Position numbers and translations under genes: made by a program
Assembly (NCBI RefSeq): GCF_006345805.1
Contig: NC_043001.1
Coordinates: 57,846,001 to 57,910,000 of the forward strand
Reading direction: 5' to 3'
Source: Octopus sinensis
Taxonomy: Eukaryota
DNA: 64,000 nucleotides
Shown here: positions 13,090-28,260 of the stretch, in pieces
Layout of the letters: each line of letters starts with the position of its first letter
Numbering within the stretch: position 1 is the first letter of the stretch
The notes under the pieces: model-generated
What the model was told of the DNA's origin: nothing
The model's database searches: none
The model's input: the letters and a program-made list of their open reading frames with translations, nothing else

Positions 13090-14866
13090 ATGGAGCACCG
13101 ACATGTTGGTAAAAAGGACAGTGGTGATGAAGGACAAAGAAAACAGAGGAGAAGTCAACAATTGTAGACCTATTACTTATTTAATATTACTCTGGAAGCC
13201 AGTAAATTGCCTCATAGCATATGAAGTGTAGAATTTACTGGTAAAGAAGAATTTATTGCCACAGAAGGAAAAAGGATGTAGGAAGAAAATATGCAGCGGC
13301 CTTTTCTAGGGCGATTCGGTCTCCGTTACTTTTTGTCATTGTGCTAGTCCCCATGAGCAAAACTGAGCAAAACTAAGATGAGAATAAATCACCTACTTAC
13401 TGTAGATAACCTGAAACTATATACAAAACTTGAAACAAACCTGAAGTCTCTGATCCAAACTGTGAGAGTTTTAAATGAAGATACTGGAACGCAGTTTGGG
13501 ATAGATAAGTGTGTAGGAGTAATTATGAAAACAGGCCGGAAGGTACGTTCAGATGACACAAAATTATCACAAGATTAGATCACTGTGGAGTTATGAGGGA
13601 TAAAAAAATCTAGGAGTGCTGCAGATAGGTAGGATGATCGAAAGGGAAATGGAAGGAGAAGTCACTAAAGATTGCACGTTGAGAAATAGGCAGGTGCTCT
13701 GAAAAAATAAATGGAGGAAGTATCTTCAAAGCGGCAAATGCATACGTTATGCCCGTATTAAGATATTCTGAGAAGGACAAGGGTCTAGCTGCCGAACTTG
13801 AATAAAACTTGAAAGCTGCTCACGGGGCACACGAACTCCACCCTCCAAGTATTTCCAACTGACCCTGCCTAACTATAAGGAAGGTGGCAGATGATTACTA
13901 AACGCAGAAGACACTGTTAGTTTGCGATACTGGCTCTGAAAAATTATTTTGTACAGAGCAAAGACAGAATGTATTCGGTAACCAGATATTGCGAAAAAGT
14001 GACCGAAATAGTAGGAGAATTCAAAGCGAGCAAAAGGAAGAAAAAAAGAATAAAATTCAATATAATATAATATAATATTATATATATACAGAGAAATGGA
14101 ATTCCCTGGGCAATTCATGCGAGAAATCGAGAATTTTGTATGATTTGGTTTACGTTGGGAAACTTCAAATATCATAAGGAAATGCTAATTGTGTATGTTC
14201 GTGCACATGTCTAACAACAATTCTGAGAACGACACAGATCAACAAAACTCAATCAGACAGCAAATGTAGAATATTCAATAACAGAGATGAAGGTATCGAT
14301 CACCTTTGAGTGAGAACAGTATACTAATACGAAAGAAATATAAGCGTAGTCATGACTGTGTGCGTAGAAGAGTACATCGAGACCTTAGGGGTATTTGTAG
14401 TTTCAAAACAGCAGAAACATGGTATAAACACGAAGCAGATTCTGTGATAGGAAGTCATAATTACATGATATTGAGGGATTTACCCATGAAGACTAACCAT
14501 AATATTGAAGTAAGAAGGCAAGGAATCATTATAGAAAAAATAAACAGCGTAAGATCATCAGTACTGGAATTCCCTATGATTTCAGAGTCGATACCAAAGA
14601 CCTCGAAAACATGACAAAGATAGGATCCACCCAGTGCTGAGGAGATTGAGGAAGAGCAAGACAACAATTATTCCTGTAATAATTCGTTGGTATAACACTC
14701 TAAATGCTACTTAAAAAACTGAAAGTGATTGGAATTGAAACTCGGATTGTTGATCTGCGGTAAAGTACCATCCTATGCTCCGCGAGTGTCCTAACGAAGA
14801 TTATTGATACTTGAGATTTGCGTTCATCAAACATTCAAGATGAAATACTCGAAAATGAAATTACCA

Positions 14867-14953
<87 letters not shown>
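13090..14953 (+). mobile_element. Decayed R4/Dong-type non-LTR retrotransposon (RT, zinc knuckle, RLE) ending in (AAT)n
   Basis: NCRPITYLILLWK, INHLLTVDNLKLY..QFGIDKC, SKCRIF..IDHLLS..YKRSHD, WYKHEADSVI; many stops and frameshifts. Confidence 0.85.
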
Positions 14954-14954
<1 letters not shown>

Positions 14955-15429
14955 GTTAAGAAAATTTACAAATTTACATATCTACAGTTTTCAATCATAC
15001 ATTCGACCAGCTTTAAAAACTTTGATACCCACAATTGCCTCTGTAAACATCCTTTTTTTTATTTTTTCTTCTCTCTAAAAACATCACGCTTTTCTTTTCG
15101 TGGACTTACAAAACCCTAAAACTTTCTATGAAAATCTGACTTTTCTTTGCTTCCTCCCTGAATATTCAAATATAAATGTAAACATATACTTTTTATTGTA
15201 AAAACACACCTGTTCTTCTAACTGGACATACAAACATCTCTAGAAAAGTCAACCTCAACCTCCACAATATTACCTTACACGAAATATACAAACACTTTTT
15301 ATTGCAATAACACAAACGCACATGGAAAAAAAAATGATGATGCTAAGATTCTCTCTGGTCGAACACAACTTCTCTAGTCACAAACAATACAGAACAGCCC
15401 TTCCTTAATTTTTCTTAAGCCATCATCAC

Positions 15430-15582
15430 CATCACCATCAGTGATATTTTTTTTTTTTTTTAGGTGGGGTCTTATCGGTCAAAAAAGTTCAGATGTTTAC
15501 TACTATTAAGTAGTAAACATCTCAACTTTTTTTGACCGATAGGACCCCACCTAAAAAAAAAATATCACTGATGGTGATGATG
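15430..15582. repeat. Near-perfect palindrome, ~75-bp arms, 4-nt loop (15505-15508)
   Basis: CATCAGTGATA(T)nAGGTGGGGTC...GTTTACTACT atta AGTAGTAAAC...GACCCCACCT(A)nTATCACTGATG. Confidence 0.95.
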
Positions 15583-15969
15583 ATAATAATGATAGTAATA
15601 GTGCTGATAATCTATCTATCTATCTACACACACACACACACTCAAAGAGTTCAACCAAACACAAACCTCACCTCGGCTCTATTGTTAACCAAAAATGAAA
15701 GTATTATTTGACAGGCAAGAACTCTGGCGCTGAAGACAGTCAGCCAGCCAACCACCAAGCTAGCCAACGAGACAGACAGACACTACTGTGATGGTGATAA
15801 TGATAAAAAAAACAAAAATAACAATAATAAGATACTGCTGTGACTACACATAAAACAATATCATTGATGATGATGGTGGTGATGGTGATGGTGATGATGA
15901 TAATGATGATGGTAATGGTGGTGATAATGATGATAGTGATAATAATGGTGATGATAATAACAATAATAA

Positions 15970-17170
15970 GCCGACTACGGCTGCTATAATGGTACGATTA
16001 TAATTGTAACGGCAATGATGGCCGTCTCCCCACGAGCCAATCAAAGCTCAAAAATGATAACATTATCGTAGCACCAAAATGTTTTTGGAAACTAAAAGGA
16101 AAACTAAATCAGTATACCAAATCGCTTGTCCCATGGTTAATCTGGAAGCGCGTCCCCCAGGGAAGAGCCAGCCTGGGATCGAAAAGTCATCAACTGGCTC
16201 AAACTCTTCTCCGAATACGGACATGGATGGTCACTTGAACGGGAAATCCCCCAACTCGAGCCCTCCAAGTTCACCACCACAACCACCACAGAAAGAAAAA
16301 TGTAAGCGGAACAAATGGACCCGAGAAGAGTATAAAGAAGTAATATACGCTTATTACTATGCATTAGGTAGGCCATCTCAAGAGAGACACACCGCAAACT
16401 CTTACAGTATATGGAGAACACGGAATCAAGACAGTAGGCCCTATTTGGACGAGAACAAATTAGCAAATGTGAGGAGGGATATCCTTAGAAATAACAGACT
16501 CACAGACAGTGAAATAAGCGCGATCAAGCACGCAACGGAAAATGACATAAATATAAGACACAAAGGAAATGAAGAATCAGGTGAACAGTATAGCCCGCCA
16601 CGAGGCTTAACTGAAAGACTGCCATCTGACCAAAGTACGCAAAGGCCTGAAGATACAAGAAATTATATTGTACCTGTTAAAGATAGCCAGGAAAACGAAA
16701 AAACAACAGTAGCTGAAGATCTCGCATTTGCTGAAGAACACAGATAGTCTATGGCAGAAATGAGGCAGAAAATCCTGAATACGCTTGAAGTTGTAAGACA
16801 TACAAGTATGAATGATAGAGAACCACTTCATAAACTCTCAAATACAAACCAAAATAAAAAACAAATCCAAATTGGCAACTATGTAACAAATGAAATAATA
16901 CGAGAATTAAAACCTGATTTACTGAGTTAAATGAAATTATTTACGCTTCTGCTAGGGCAATTGAAACCAGCTGTATGCCCTCGAAAAAACAAAGAAAACA
17001 AAACCTGGGAAGAAATCAAACCTGGAGAAGTAAAATTGAAAAAGAGGTTTAATGGCCTACCAATGTATACTATGAGTTTCTTTGCTGTAGGAGTCGGGAA
17101 GACACTCGGCAAGAAATGGAAGCAAATTTGAAAGAAGAAAAAAAAAGTAATAATAATAATAATAATAATG
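15970..17170 (+). mobile_element. Internally deleted R4/Dong-type element: 5' ORF part fused to 3' UTR
   Basis: ORF 16079-16747 carries a Myb-like N-terminus (KWTREEYKEVIYAYY...KLANVRRDILRNNRLTDSEI). Coding-like sequence runs to 17046, then jumps into the same 3' UTR as 17854-17952, followed by (AAT)n. The 5' boundary is uncertain. Confidence 0.8.
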
Positions 17171-17248
17171 ATAATAATTATGCTGATGATGATGATGATG
17201 ATGACGACGACGACGACGACGATGATGATGATGATAATAATAATAATA

Positions 17249-17995
17249 AGGACCACCTATCTCTGGATGTAAAGTCTTAGCACCAGTAGAGTATAAATTA
17301 AGACATGACAGAGTTGGCCAATATCTACACTGGTTAATAAGTCGGCATTACAATATCAAAACTGCCGACAAGTGGTATAATCACCACCCTGAAGCTGTAA
17401 CTGAAGGAGAAAATGTAACGATTATGTGGGACTTTCCAGTACATACAGACCGAACCATCAAAGCCAATAAACCAGATATTGTTGTGAAAGACCAAAACAA
17501 TAAAGTTTGCTTATTGATCGACATGAACATCCCCTGTAATCATAATATCTCGGCGAAAGAGTTTGACAAGCTCAGAAAATATAAAGACCTGCTCATTGAA
17601 TTTGAGAAAATGTTGCATCTCAAGGCGGTTACAATACCAGTGATCGTAGGAGCACTAGGAATGATCAAGAAGGGAACCGAAAATTATATGAGAAGGATCC
17701 CTGGCTTACCATCCCTGCAAGAAGTGCAAAAGATTGTCTTAACTGGTACATCACACGTATTGAGAAGAGCATTGTCGATGTGAATACTATTACTACCCTT
17801 GTATTGTAAGTTAACTTTAAAAGAAAAAAAAAATGAACGAACTAGTGAGTTTAGTTTAATGGCCTACCGATGTACACTATGAGTTTCTTTGCCCTAGGAG
17901 TCGGGAAGATACTCGGCAAGCAATGGAAGCAAATTTGAAAGAAGAAAAAAAAGATAATAATGATAATAATAATAATCATAATAATAATAATAATT
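17249..17995 (+). mobile_element. 5'-truncated R4/Dong-type copy with intact-looking RLE domain
   Basis: YKLRHDRVG..WDFPVHTDRTIKANKPDIVV..LIDMNIP..KEFDKLRKYKDL..IVGALG (PD-(D/E)xK restriction-like endonuclease), 3' UTR, A/(AAT)n tail. Confidence 0.9.
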
Positions 17996-18049
17996 TAACA
18001 AAAAGTGAGAATACAATAAAAGTGATGAGTGGGGTTTAGTGCAGCAATA

Positions 18050-19330
18050 TGTATATACAACAAAAACTATAATAATTTGCAACACAATTTAAACAATAAA
18101 ATTCCACGTAAGGCTAACCATGAAACCTCTTCCAGACCTCCTACTTGTTACAAGCATATGTTCAGATTAGGCTCATTTACACGAACCATTCTCTCCACTC
18201 TACTTTCACCACTATTCAGTAAGCATACTGGAAGACTGCAATTCCCTCTCAACCCTCTTCCTGCTGATACTGTTGTTTTAGATGTTGCTGCGCTTGGTGC
18301 TGATGTTGTTTGAGTTGTTGCTTTTGCATCTTCGTTGCTTTTGCAGCTGGTATTGTTGTGTGACAGGTGTCTGCAGCAGCGAGGGCTTTCTTTTTTGCAC
18401 GGGAGGAAAAGTATTTAGGCGATATCTCTTTCCACAAATGTCGCATCTATGCATTCGCCCTCGACTGCTCGGAATACTTGTGTACAAGCAATAAGGGAGT
18501 CTGGTCAGGTCAGTGATGGCTTCGGCACATCTAATCCGCCTGTATCAATAATTCCAATGCCATGCCTGGCCAAAGTTTCTATCTTATTTTGTGCACTTGA
18601 GGAAAATTGTCTTATTTTCTATGCCGAACAATGTAGCTGGCAGAAGCAACGAGATGTCCACTTCTAGTGGTGCCTATGCGACCTTTATTTAAAACCACCC
18701 CCGACCGAGGTATGTTGGAATTAGAGACGATTATTCGTTTTGAAGGTTGTTGCTGTTTCTTCAGTTGGGAATATCACCTTCACTGTGCCAAAGTATGATT
18801 AAAAGCAGTCAGAGAGCAATGATCAATAAGGACTCGGCCGATGGACTTTCTCCAACCATACACGACAGCAGTTGTTCGACTCATAGGCAACTGATAACAT
18901 TTTAGGTTCCACCAAGTAGTTGAGCCACGGAAAGACGCATCTGACATATTGAGAGCACAACCATTCAACACCCACAAATTGTTGTTTGTGGCTCCACTTA
19001 AGCGTTTGTGTGCGCATAAGACACCAAGCAGACGTTGCTTGCAGGAGACTGACCGATTAACAACTGGAACTCTTCCTTTCAATAAGAAAAGGGATAAGAG
19101 ACCTAATAGCTTCTTCAGTCCCAAATAACAATTCAATCGTGCCAAAATTCTTCTCTCAACCCATGTGTCTCATGTTTTCTCATACGCGTCAAAGGTATTT
19201 TTTAATGTCCCTCAGTAGCATTTTGCATCCGGCGTGATTTTGAGTTGATGCAGCGGCATGTAACCGTGCATCTCAAAATCTTTTGTTGCATCATCACGGA
19301 TAGAGTGTTGAGAGTTAAATCTTAATTTTC
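18050..19330 (-). pseudogene. Decayed LINE ORF1-like relic (Tx1/L1-like zinc knuckle)
   Basis: PTYLGR..IKVA*APLEVD and GRMHRCDICGKRYRL resemble a GRxxxCxxCGxxGHxxxxC knuckle; heavily disrupted, boundaries uncertain. Confidence 0.45.
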
Positions 19331-20084
19331 TGGTCAAACCTCTTCTTTATTTACACAGGAATTTTCCAGATATTCTTAGCCATCGCGAAAGAAATATCCT
19401 TTTCAGTATCTCTTGCCATGGCTATGGTGACTGTGGCGGCAGCAGCGACATTGGCAGTGACAGCAACGGCGGCAGCGATGGCAGTTTGCGTTTCTTTCAA
19501 AATTTTCTCTGTAATTTTTCTTCTTCAGCCTTGTTATCGTTATTGTTGTTGACGTTGTGGTTGTTGTCATTGTGGATGTTGTTACTGGAATTGTAGAATT
19601 TGTTGTGGAATTGTCGATCCGATGATCAGTCAAATGTGCTGAAGCTGCTAACAGGCAAAGATGTACTATCTTCAGCCTTTATATTTGCGCTCGTTTTCGC
19701 GGACATGCCAGTGACGTAATTTACTGTAGTCGATGCTATGTCATTATACTCAAGATTCAGGTTCATGGAACACGTCCTGCTAACGAACATAAGAATGAAT
19801 TATTGTCCGCCATGTTTTAAGGTATTTGGAAAATTTCAAAGTATTCACTTTTTCCAGATAATCCAAAACTATTGATCTGCACTGTATGTGAAACAAGGTT
19901 TCTCCAAGCAAAAATACTACTAATGCACTCCAAGTAATGTTAAAAGAAGTCTGTACTAATAAAAAAAGTCTGAACGGCCACTTAACAGGGCAAACAGATT
20001 GGAAACATTTCTACGATTTATGGAGCTCCAAGTTTCCGCAACCTTTACAGTATTATGACCATAATGATTATAAAGGTTTCAAAT

Positions 20085-21285
<1,201 letters not shown>

Positions 21286-21319
21286 CATTTTTCTCTGGCT
21301 GATATGTATGTATGTATGA

Positions 21320-21361
<42 letters not shown>

Positions 21362-23559
21362 CCCACAGCGGGATCTCGTTTTATCATACTACTGCTAGGT
21401 GAGAATCAACCTCACAGTAATTTACATATCCAATGTGGGAGTTGTTTTTTATTTCATAATTTTTTGAAAACATTTGTTACCTCGGATATTAAAAGCAATT
21501 CATATATTTAACGGGGAGAAATGAACTTTTATGTTATTGAGTGTTTTGGCATGGACGTTTGCTAAATTAGAATATGTCCAGGCTCTTTTGAAATATGTAG
21601 TGAAACACATAATTACATTATATAATATTGACCCATATTCAAAGACAAGCTGGTGTCAAGTTATCTAGCAAGCATTCATTTACCAAAACCATTCCATTCT
21701 CCACCGCACAGTCTTCCCAGTCTTAACCTTCTACCACGATTAGAGCAGCTTTTGGTGTGTTGAGTTGAATACTTGCATATCCAATGACCACCCGGTTCAT
21801 CTCTACTTTTCTTACACTTTCTAGGAGTACCTCTTTTGGAAATAGAGTAACTAGGAACCCCCCCATTCAGTTTCATTGGTGTTTTGTCGATCGTTCTAAA
21901 TTGTTTCTATTTATATTTAACAAAGAATGTGACGTTGCAAACCCTGATAACCATATATATGTGTTTTAAATAGTTCAGTAGAAATTCAAATAAAATATGA
22001 TTTTTCAAAACCTTATTACGCTTCTCAAAACAAAAAAAAATAATATTTCATCATTTCATCCCAGCCATTCATACTATGAACACCAGACAAGTCGCAGGAT
22101 TTGATTTCCTTTTACACATCTCATAGCAATGAAGATTGTAGTAAGCCAGACAAGTTGTTGCTGTTGTTTAGCCTAAGGTTATTCATCATCATGCAGTCAT
22201 ACGATTAAAGAAACCCAGACTTACTTCACCATCCTGTGTTTCTGTATATCGATCACATCATTGTTCGCACTCACTTATTTAAGTCGGTAGCATGTGATCG
22301 GCTGATTTTTGATGTTTCTATACTCTTGAACGATCTAACAATATCCACACATTCAGATGTGCACGCATACGCAAATATTCGAATACATTCTCACAAACAC
22401 ACAAACACCCACACACATAAAGAAATCATTATTTTCCAGTATAACCCATCTTTGGAATGCCTTGCTTGCATAAGTTTTCCTTCCGTAGTCAACTTCTAAG
22501 TGGTTAAAATAGCCACTGCACCGATGTAACCAATCTACAGAGAATACAAAAGTCATAGAAACAGCTCCTTTCTATTAAATAAATAAATAAAGTTTAACCT
22601 TCACGTGAATCAATTCTGTGTTACACGATTAGATTGAATCAAGTCTACCGCAAACTTTATGCCACTCGTAAAATATGGTAAACAATGTTTACTTACTATA
22701 ATAAAAGAGTAATTGTATTCCTTGAGCAATAAATTAACATTTATCTGTCGAAAAATAATAAATAGAATTTATCTAGTAAGATAAACAGGAAATAAGATTT
22801 TCTGATGAACTGTAAATGATAAATGATATTTTTGTTTTAAAAGATTAATGATAAAATATAAACTCGATTCCTGCCATCTTCCTGTCCACCACACCAACAT
22901 AAAAATACTATTTCTACTTTTATCATCTCAATCACCGACAACACGATGAATAAATCAGCAAACGTACCAATAAAGAAGCCTGAGAGTGGTCTTCAATTTA
23001 CTAAAACCGCAGTCAAATCTCTTCCAAACGACGCACCGCTGTTTTGAAAATAGGAATGCTTTGAATAATGTACAACAGGTTTAAATTTCAATACAGCTGA
23101 ACCATGTATGTTGCATTATGGACTAGAATGCTTCTGATCCTATACTGAGGTTTCCTAATCATAATATCTGTATAGTAGGATCATTATAGCCACTATTCTA
23201 TCAACACTAACAACACGCCATCAATAGAAGCCAATGAAAATGTTTCTATACTTTTGCTTGATGTGTTTCAGATAGAGCCCAAGTCCGTTACATTTTATTC
23301 CAATGTAATCATCTGCTTCTTCTTACGCTTTGTCATTTTCATCCGGAAGATCCAGTGCGAATGTTTGTTTCTTTGATGGCATGTTCACCTTTATGGAAAT
23401 AAAAGACCACACTGAAATTGTATCCTACTATCAAAGCCAAAAACAAAGTATCACAATTACCATCACCGTCAACACATCACCACGACTACCACAATGATGA
23501 ATAAATCGGTGGGAGATGGTGAAATCTGGCAGAAACTTGTGGTAATGTTTGTTTCTTTG

Positions 23560-24250
23560 TTCTTGATTTTGTCTAGGGAAGTAGAGAGATCGGAAAAAAC
23601 TTGCTCTGCTGTGAGAGCAGGAAGCATTTTCTCCATCTTATCTTTGACACAGGTGTTCTCTTTTCTACATTGTTTTGCTGTTTATAGTGTTGATGTGGTT
23701 GTGGTGTTGGCAAGAGAGATGTTCCTTGTTTAACCGAGGACAAAGAACTTTTCATGGAAAGTATTCCTTCAGACATAACTTTTAGGCTTTCTGCCATCTA
23801 CTGCAACTGTTATGGTCTACTTGTCTTCAAATAAATGGGGTAAAAGATTTTGTGGAAATCTTTTACTCTGAGCAGCATTTACACCACCACCTTGATTATA
23901 GACCAACTCTCTTATGAGTTCAGTATCATGGTGAGAATATCAAATTCCTCTGGTATCTTCCCAAAATACGGTATATTGAATTTGGTGACATGCTGGAAAT
24001 GATTACTTTATTTGCTCATTTATTCAGTTGGAGGGAATTAAAATATTCTTTTCTAAGTAGCACATCGGAATAAGAATTTTTATTGGTTTTTCATATGCTG
24101 TATCACAACGTCGACATCTTTCTGGCATTCACCTGCCTGCGCAGCAGCTGGATTCTCTATTTTTCCTGTTTTGCTATTACCGCTTCTGTAAGTTTGTGTT
24201 TTCTTGCAAATTCCATCTTTATTAACATGCGGCATTACTCGCTAGTTTGA
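23560..24250 (-). pseudogene. Second decayed LINE ORF1-like relic
   Basis: FGKIPEEFDI and ITVAVDGRKPKSYV* parallel the motifs at 18.4-18.7 kb. Confidence 0.4.
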
Positions 24251-25498
24251 TTTTACTGGGAATGGCTTATACTGCCACCCCTAGATCCCTGTCGACGGCA
24301 CGTCGATAATTTTTGCGTAAAATATTGCCTCATTATGTTTCGAAATGATTCTGCCGCTGCTATGATTGTGGTCGTTAGTGGTGGGGATGATGGATCTATT
24401 GATACTCTTGCTATTGGTGGTGGTGGTGGAGATGGAGTTATTTTTCTTGTTGGTGGTGATGGTGGATTCATTAATATCCCATATTTTGCTTCTTCCTGAC
24501 TTTGTTACAAACACACAGAAGCACATACGCACAATCAAAGAGGCCACAATTCATATTGAGAACTATATTGTCGAAGAATGCATACGTTATGCTCTTAAGC
24601 ATGCTGCTAAAGAATGTGGAAAAGTTTGTCAAGGACAACGATGGTATTTGATCTAAGTCAATTATCCACTTTGACAGTACTTTATCTTCAAAATATACAG
24701 GCATTGAGTAATTGATCAGGTATTGGAGAAAATGCAACATATATTGATTGCCACACTGCAGCCCATAACATGAAGTTTGGGAATGAGTTTGGGAATAGCC
24801 AGAATAATTTATCCAAATAATATTTTTAGCCTCACAACCTAGAGTAGACGTAACCTAGGTAACAACAAAACAACTACCAAATTGCTTTAGACACGACCAA
24901 CAATTTATACTCGGGTAAGAGTAAAGTGAGAAAGAAGTATCAGGTTTGTACCAATTCTAAGAGTTGTTGATATAAGAGAAGCTCTGGAATAAAAAGAAAG
25001 CTGCGTTGATATTATTTTTATATTGCAAAGTCACATCAGAAATAACACATCCTGGAAATATTTAAAAGTCTGAAAGACTAATGCGGAGAAATGTAGAGGA
25101 AATATGACGATGTAGAGACTGCATCAGTCAAATACAGTGTATAGATATTCTACTTATTGCAAAGCCATAATAGGGAAATATCCGATTGCTTGGATATAGG
25201 TGGATTACACAAAAGACAAACCATGACCACGTGGAGATTTAAATCTCACAATCTATTAGGTCCACACATGAAAACAGGTACAGTTTATCTGTTTAGATTT
25301 CATAATGTCTGTTGTGAATTTTAGTTCCAGGCCTGCGACGATACAGAACTAAGGTAGTAGGTATGTGCCCACAAGCATATTTGTGATGAAATGATGAAAC
25401 AGTTAATCTAATATTTTTTGCGAGTATGTTATATTAAGGTGGGAAGTATCTGAACATAACGAGACTTCTATTTTTCTGTTTTTTCTTGTTATTTTTTC

Positions 25499-25541
<43 letters not shown>

Positions 25542-26318
25542 ATCATCTCAGCATTACATTCACACGAACTGAAACCCCAAGCATGTCTGTGTCATTATGA
25601 ATTTCGTTTCGCAATAACATTCATTATTGGATCCAAATTGTAATTTTCCAGGTGCTATGCTTTCTATTATTGAAAGCCAGCTGAATCATTTTGTATTCTT
25701 CTGAAAGACAAAATAAAACACCTGAAATAGATTCACTTTTTTCTATTTCAAATTTAGATTAACGAGCAACTCGTCTATTCGAGATTCCTTTGCATGTTCT
25801 ATTCAGTGTTATTGATTTCATTTAGATATGCGTCATGAAACTAATTTTCTTTCCTACTCAGTTCTCAATTTCTCACAGTATGTCTTCTTGCATGACATTT
25901 GAGTTTCTATTCCATTGTAAAAATGTTGCTTATGATATTTGTGTGTCACTTGAACATTTTCTCTTCTTTTTTTATATTTGTAAATGGGAACCTGTTTCTT
26001 TTGTGTGAAGTGCATACGCGACAGTGTGCATAAACACACGTGCGCATATCATTTTGCTTGTGCGAAAGAAGGCACGTGCAGTAAATATAGTATATGTATG
26101 AAGATCAGACTTGATATATATGTGTGTGAGTGTGTGTGTGTGTGTGTTTGTGTATACACGCGCTACACGCATCTGGTATGACTGTATATGCGGAGAAATG
26201 TTAAAGCACAGAAGCATATATATGTGTTTATTTCAGAGAATAGAGTTAAAGTTATGCGGGTGCGAGTTCTGACAGTAACACACTGGATTTGACTAATTAA
26301 AACATTCAATGACAAGAC

Positions 26319-26873
26319 CAATATAAAGAATATCCGGGTATTTTTCAAAAGCAAAACGTTGATTCATGCTGTCAATGAAAACAAACTGACGTACACACAT
26401 ATACAAACTCACATTATACATATGTGTGTTTATTGCGTGTTTGCGCACGTGTGTGTATTCGAGAGTGTGCATCATATACACACAAACATATGTTCATATG
26501 TATGTGTATATGCACGCTTTTGTGTGTGTGTTTGCCAATATATTACTAACTGAATGCTTGAATAATCTAACTAAAGACTTCTTTTGCTAAACACCTTCCT
26601 TCAAAAAGATCTTGAGTTTGCTTTACCATGTCTTCTATTGAAAAGAAAAGAGGAAAAGAGGAATTTTTTTTTTAAATCACCAAATTATCACAAGCATTTT
26701 ATTTACTGTTTGCTTTTTTTCTTTCCTGTTTCGCTGCTCTGAGTTTTGTTTTTTTTTTAAATTTCTGTAGTAAAAGATTACCAAGTTATTTACTTTGCAA
26801 TTGAGGCAATTGAATAAAAAAGAACACGCTAATTTCAATAAACGATGTACTTTTTTGGACATCAATGGATTTT
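26319..26873 (-). other. Candidate four-exon spliced reading frame of unknown identity
   Basis: AG/GT-bounded segments 26873-26851, 26764-26707, 26634-26595 and 26368-26319 join in frame to NPLMSKKKFKKKTKLRAAKQERKKANKDMVKQTQDLFEGSMNQRFAFEKYPDILYI; strong pyrimidine tracts before exons 3 and 4. Confidence 0.3.
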
Positions 26874-27080
26874 CTATAGAATATTTTTGATTGATGTTTT
26901 AGAAATACAGAATGTTGTTTTATTCTGAATTATTATATTAATTATAAAAGTGTGTGAACTGATTCTTCATAGTTATGCCATTGAGTTGCTACACAAAAGC
27001 TATACATAATTTGATGCTACTATGCGTATCAACGTATAGAAATGACACGTTCTCTCTGTATTGTGTGTACATATAAAAAC

Positions 27081-27084
<4 letters not shown>

Positions 27085-27155
<71 letters not shown>

Positions 27156-27274
27156 AGTACACACACATACAGTCATGAAATATTTAGAATCACTGAATTA
27201 AAAATGTAAACATTTCGTACTTACTACAGTATATAGACAGATTACTAGTGATTCAGAATAATACATGTGTATAT

Positions 27275-27359
<85 letters not shown>

Positions 27360-27390
27360 CATATATATTTATAAATATATATATATATTC

Positions 27391-27427
<37 letters not shown>

Positions 27428-27447
27428 CTTGCATTTATATACATATG

Positions 27448-27478
<31 letters not shown>

Positions 27479-27635
27479 ATACATACATACATATATATAT
27501 GTATGCCTATCTATGTGTCTATCTATCTATGTATGTATCTATATATCTATCTATATATGTATCTATCTATCTATCTATCTATATATCTATATATATATAT
27601 ATATATATAGTATATATATATATATATATATACAC
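27085..27635. repeat. Long (TA)n/(TATC)n microsatellite field
   Basis: Directly visible. Confidence 0.97.
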
Positions 27636-27699
27636 ATGTGGTGTTGAAGGTTGTTTGTGTATGTTTGTGTGTATAATGTAAAATCAATGAACAACAGAA

Positions 27700-28260
27700 A
27701 AAGACAACACAAGAGGGAGGCTTTGACAAATTCCGTATAAATTTAACAACTCAATAAACAGAAAAGTAGTTATAACGTTTCGGTTGTTTGTTCCTTATCA
27801 GAAGAAGTCGAAGGCATATGTGAAGGGTGACGAAGAGGAGTAGTCAGTTAGGAAATTTGAAAATTGGAGAGGGATGTTAGGAGGTATATCGAAATGTTCT
27901 ATAGAAGAGCTCAGAATATATGAGCAACAGATAAGTATCTGTAAATATAAGCACGTATCTGTGACCGGAATGTTATGTGTAAATGTTACGTGTGGTCTTC
28001 GGTGCCAATTGTATGAATGTGCATACTGCATTTTCCTGAATATAGGTTGTATTTACATTGAACATAAAAGCAAGTAAAGACAATAGTTGTGTGGGAGAAA
28101 GAAACTGGGAGGTTTGATGAAGGTTTCAGGCAAGAAGAATGTAAAGTGTCTGACAGACAAGAGTTCAAATGTATGAGCATGAAATATTCTACCTAGCAGA
28201 TGTAAAAATCTGGGAAACATCTGTGAATAGAAGAGAAATACTGGTGTTGATTGATGAACT
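27700..28260 (-). mobile_element. Decayed PLE 3' part (thumb, GIY-YIG-like, hammerhead-like end)
   Basis: IFHAHTF..CQT, CLYLLLCSM*IQPI; minus strand CTGATAAGG..CCGAAACGTTA at ~27773-27801. Confidence 0.5.

Noticed and set aside
12600-15420. Faint I/Jockey-like LINE traces (GTNW near 12820 minus; SYIRP near 15000 plus)
   Set aside because: Single short motifs, too degraded to support a call.
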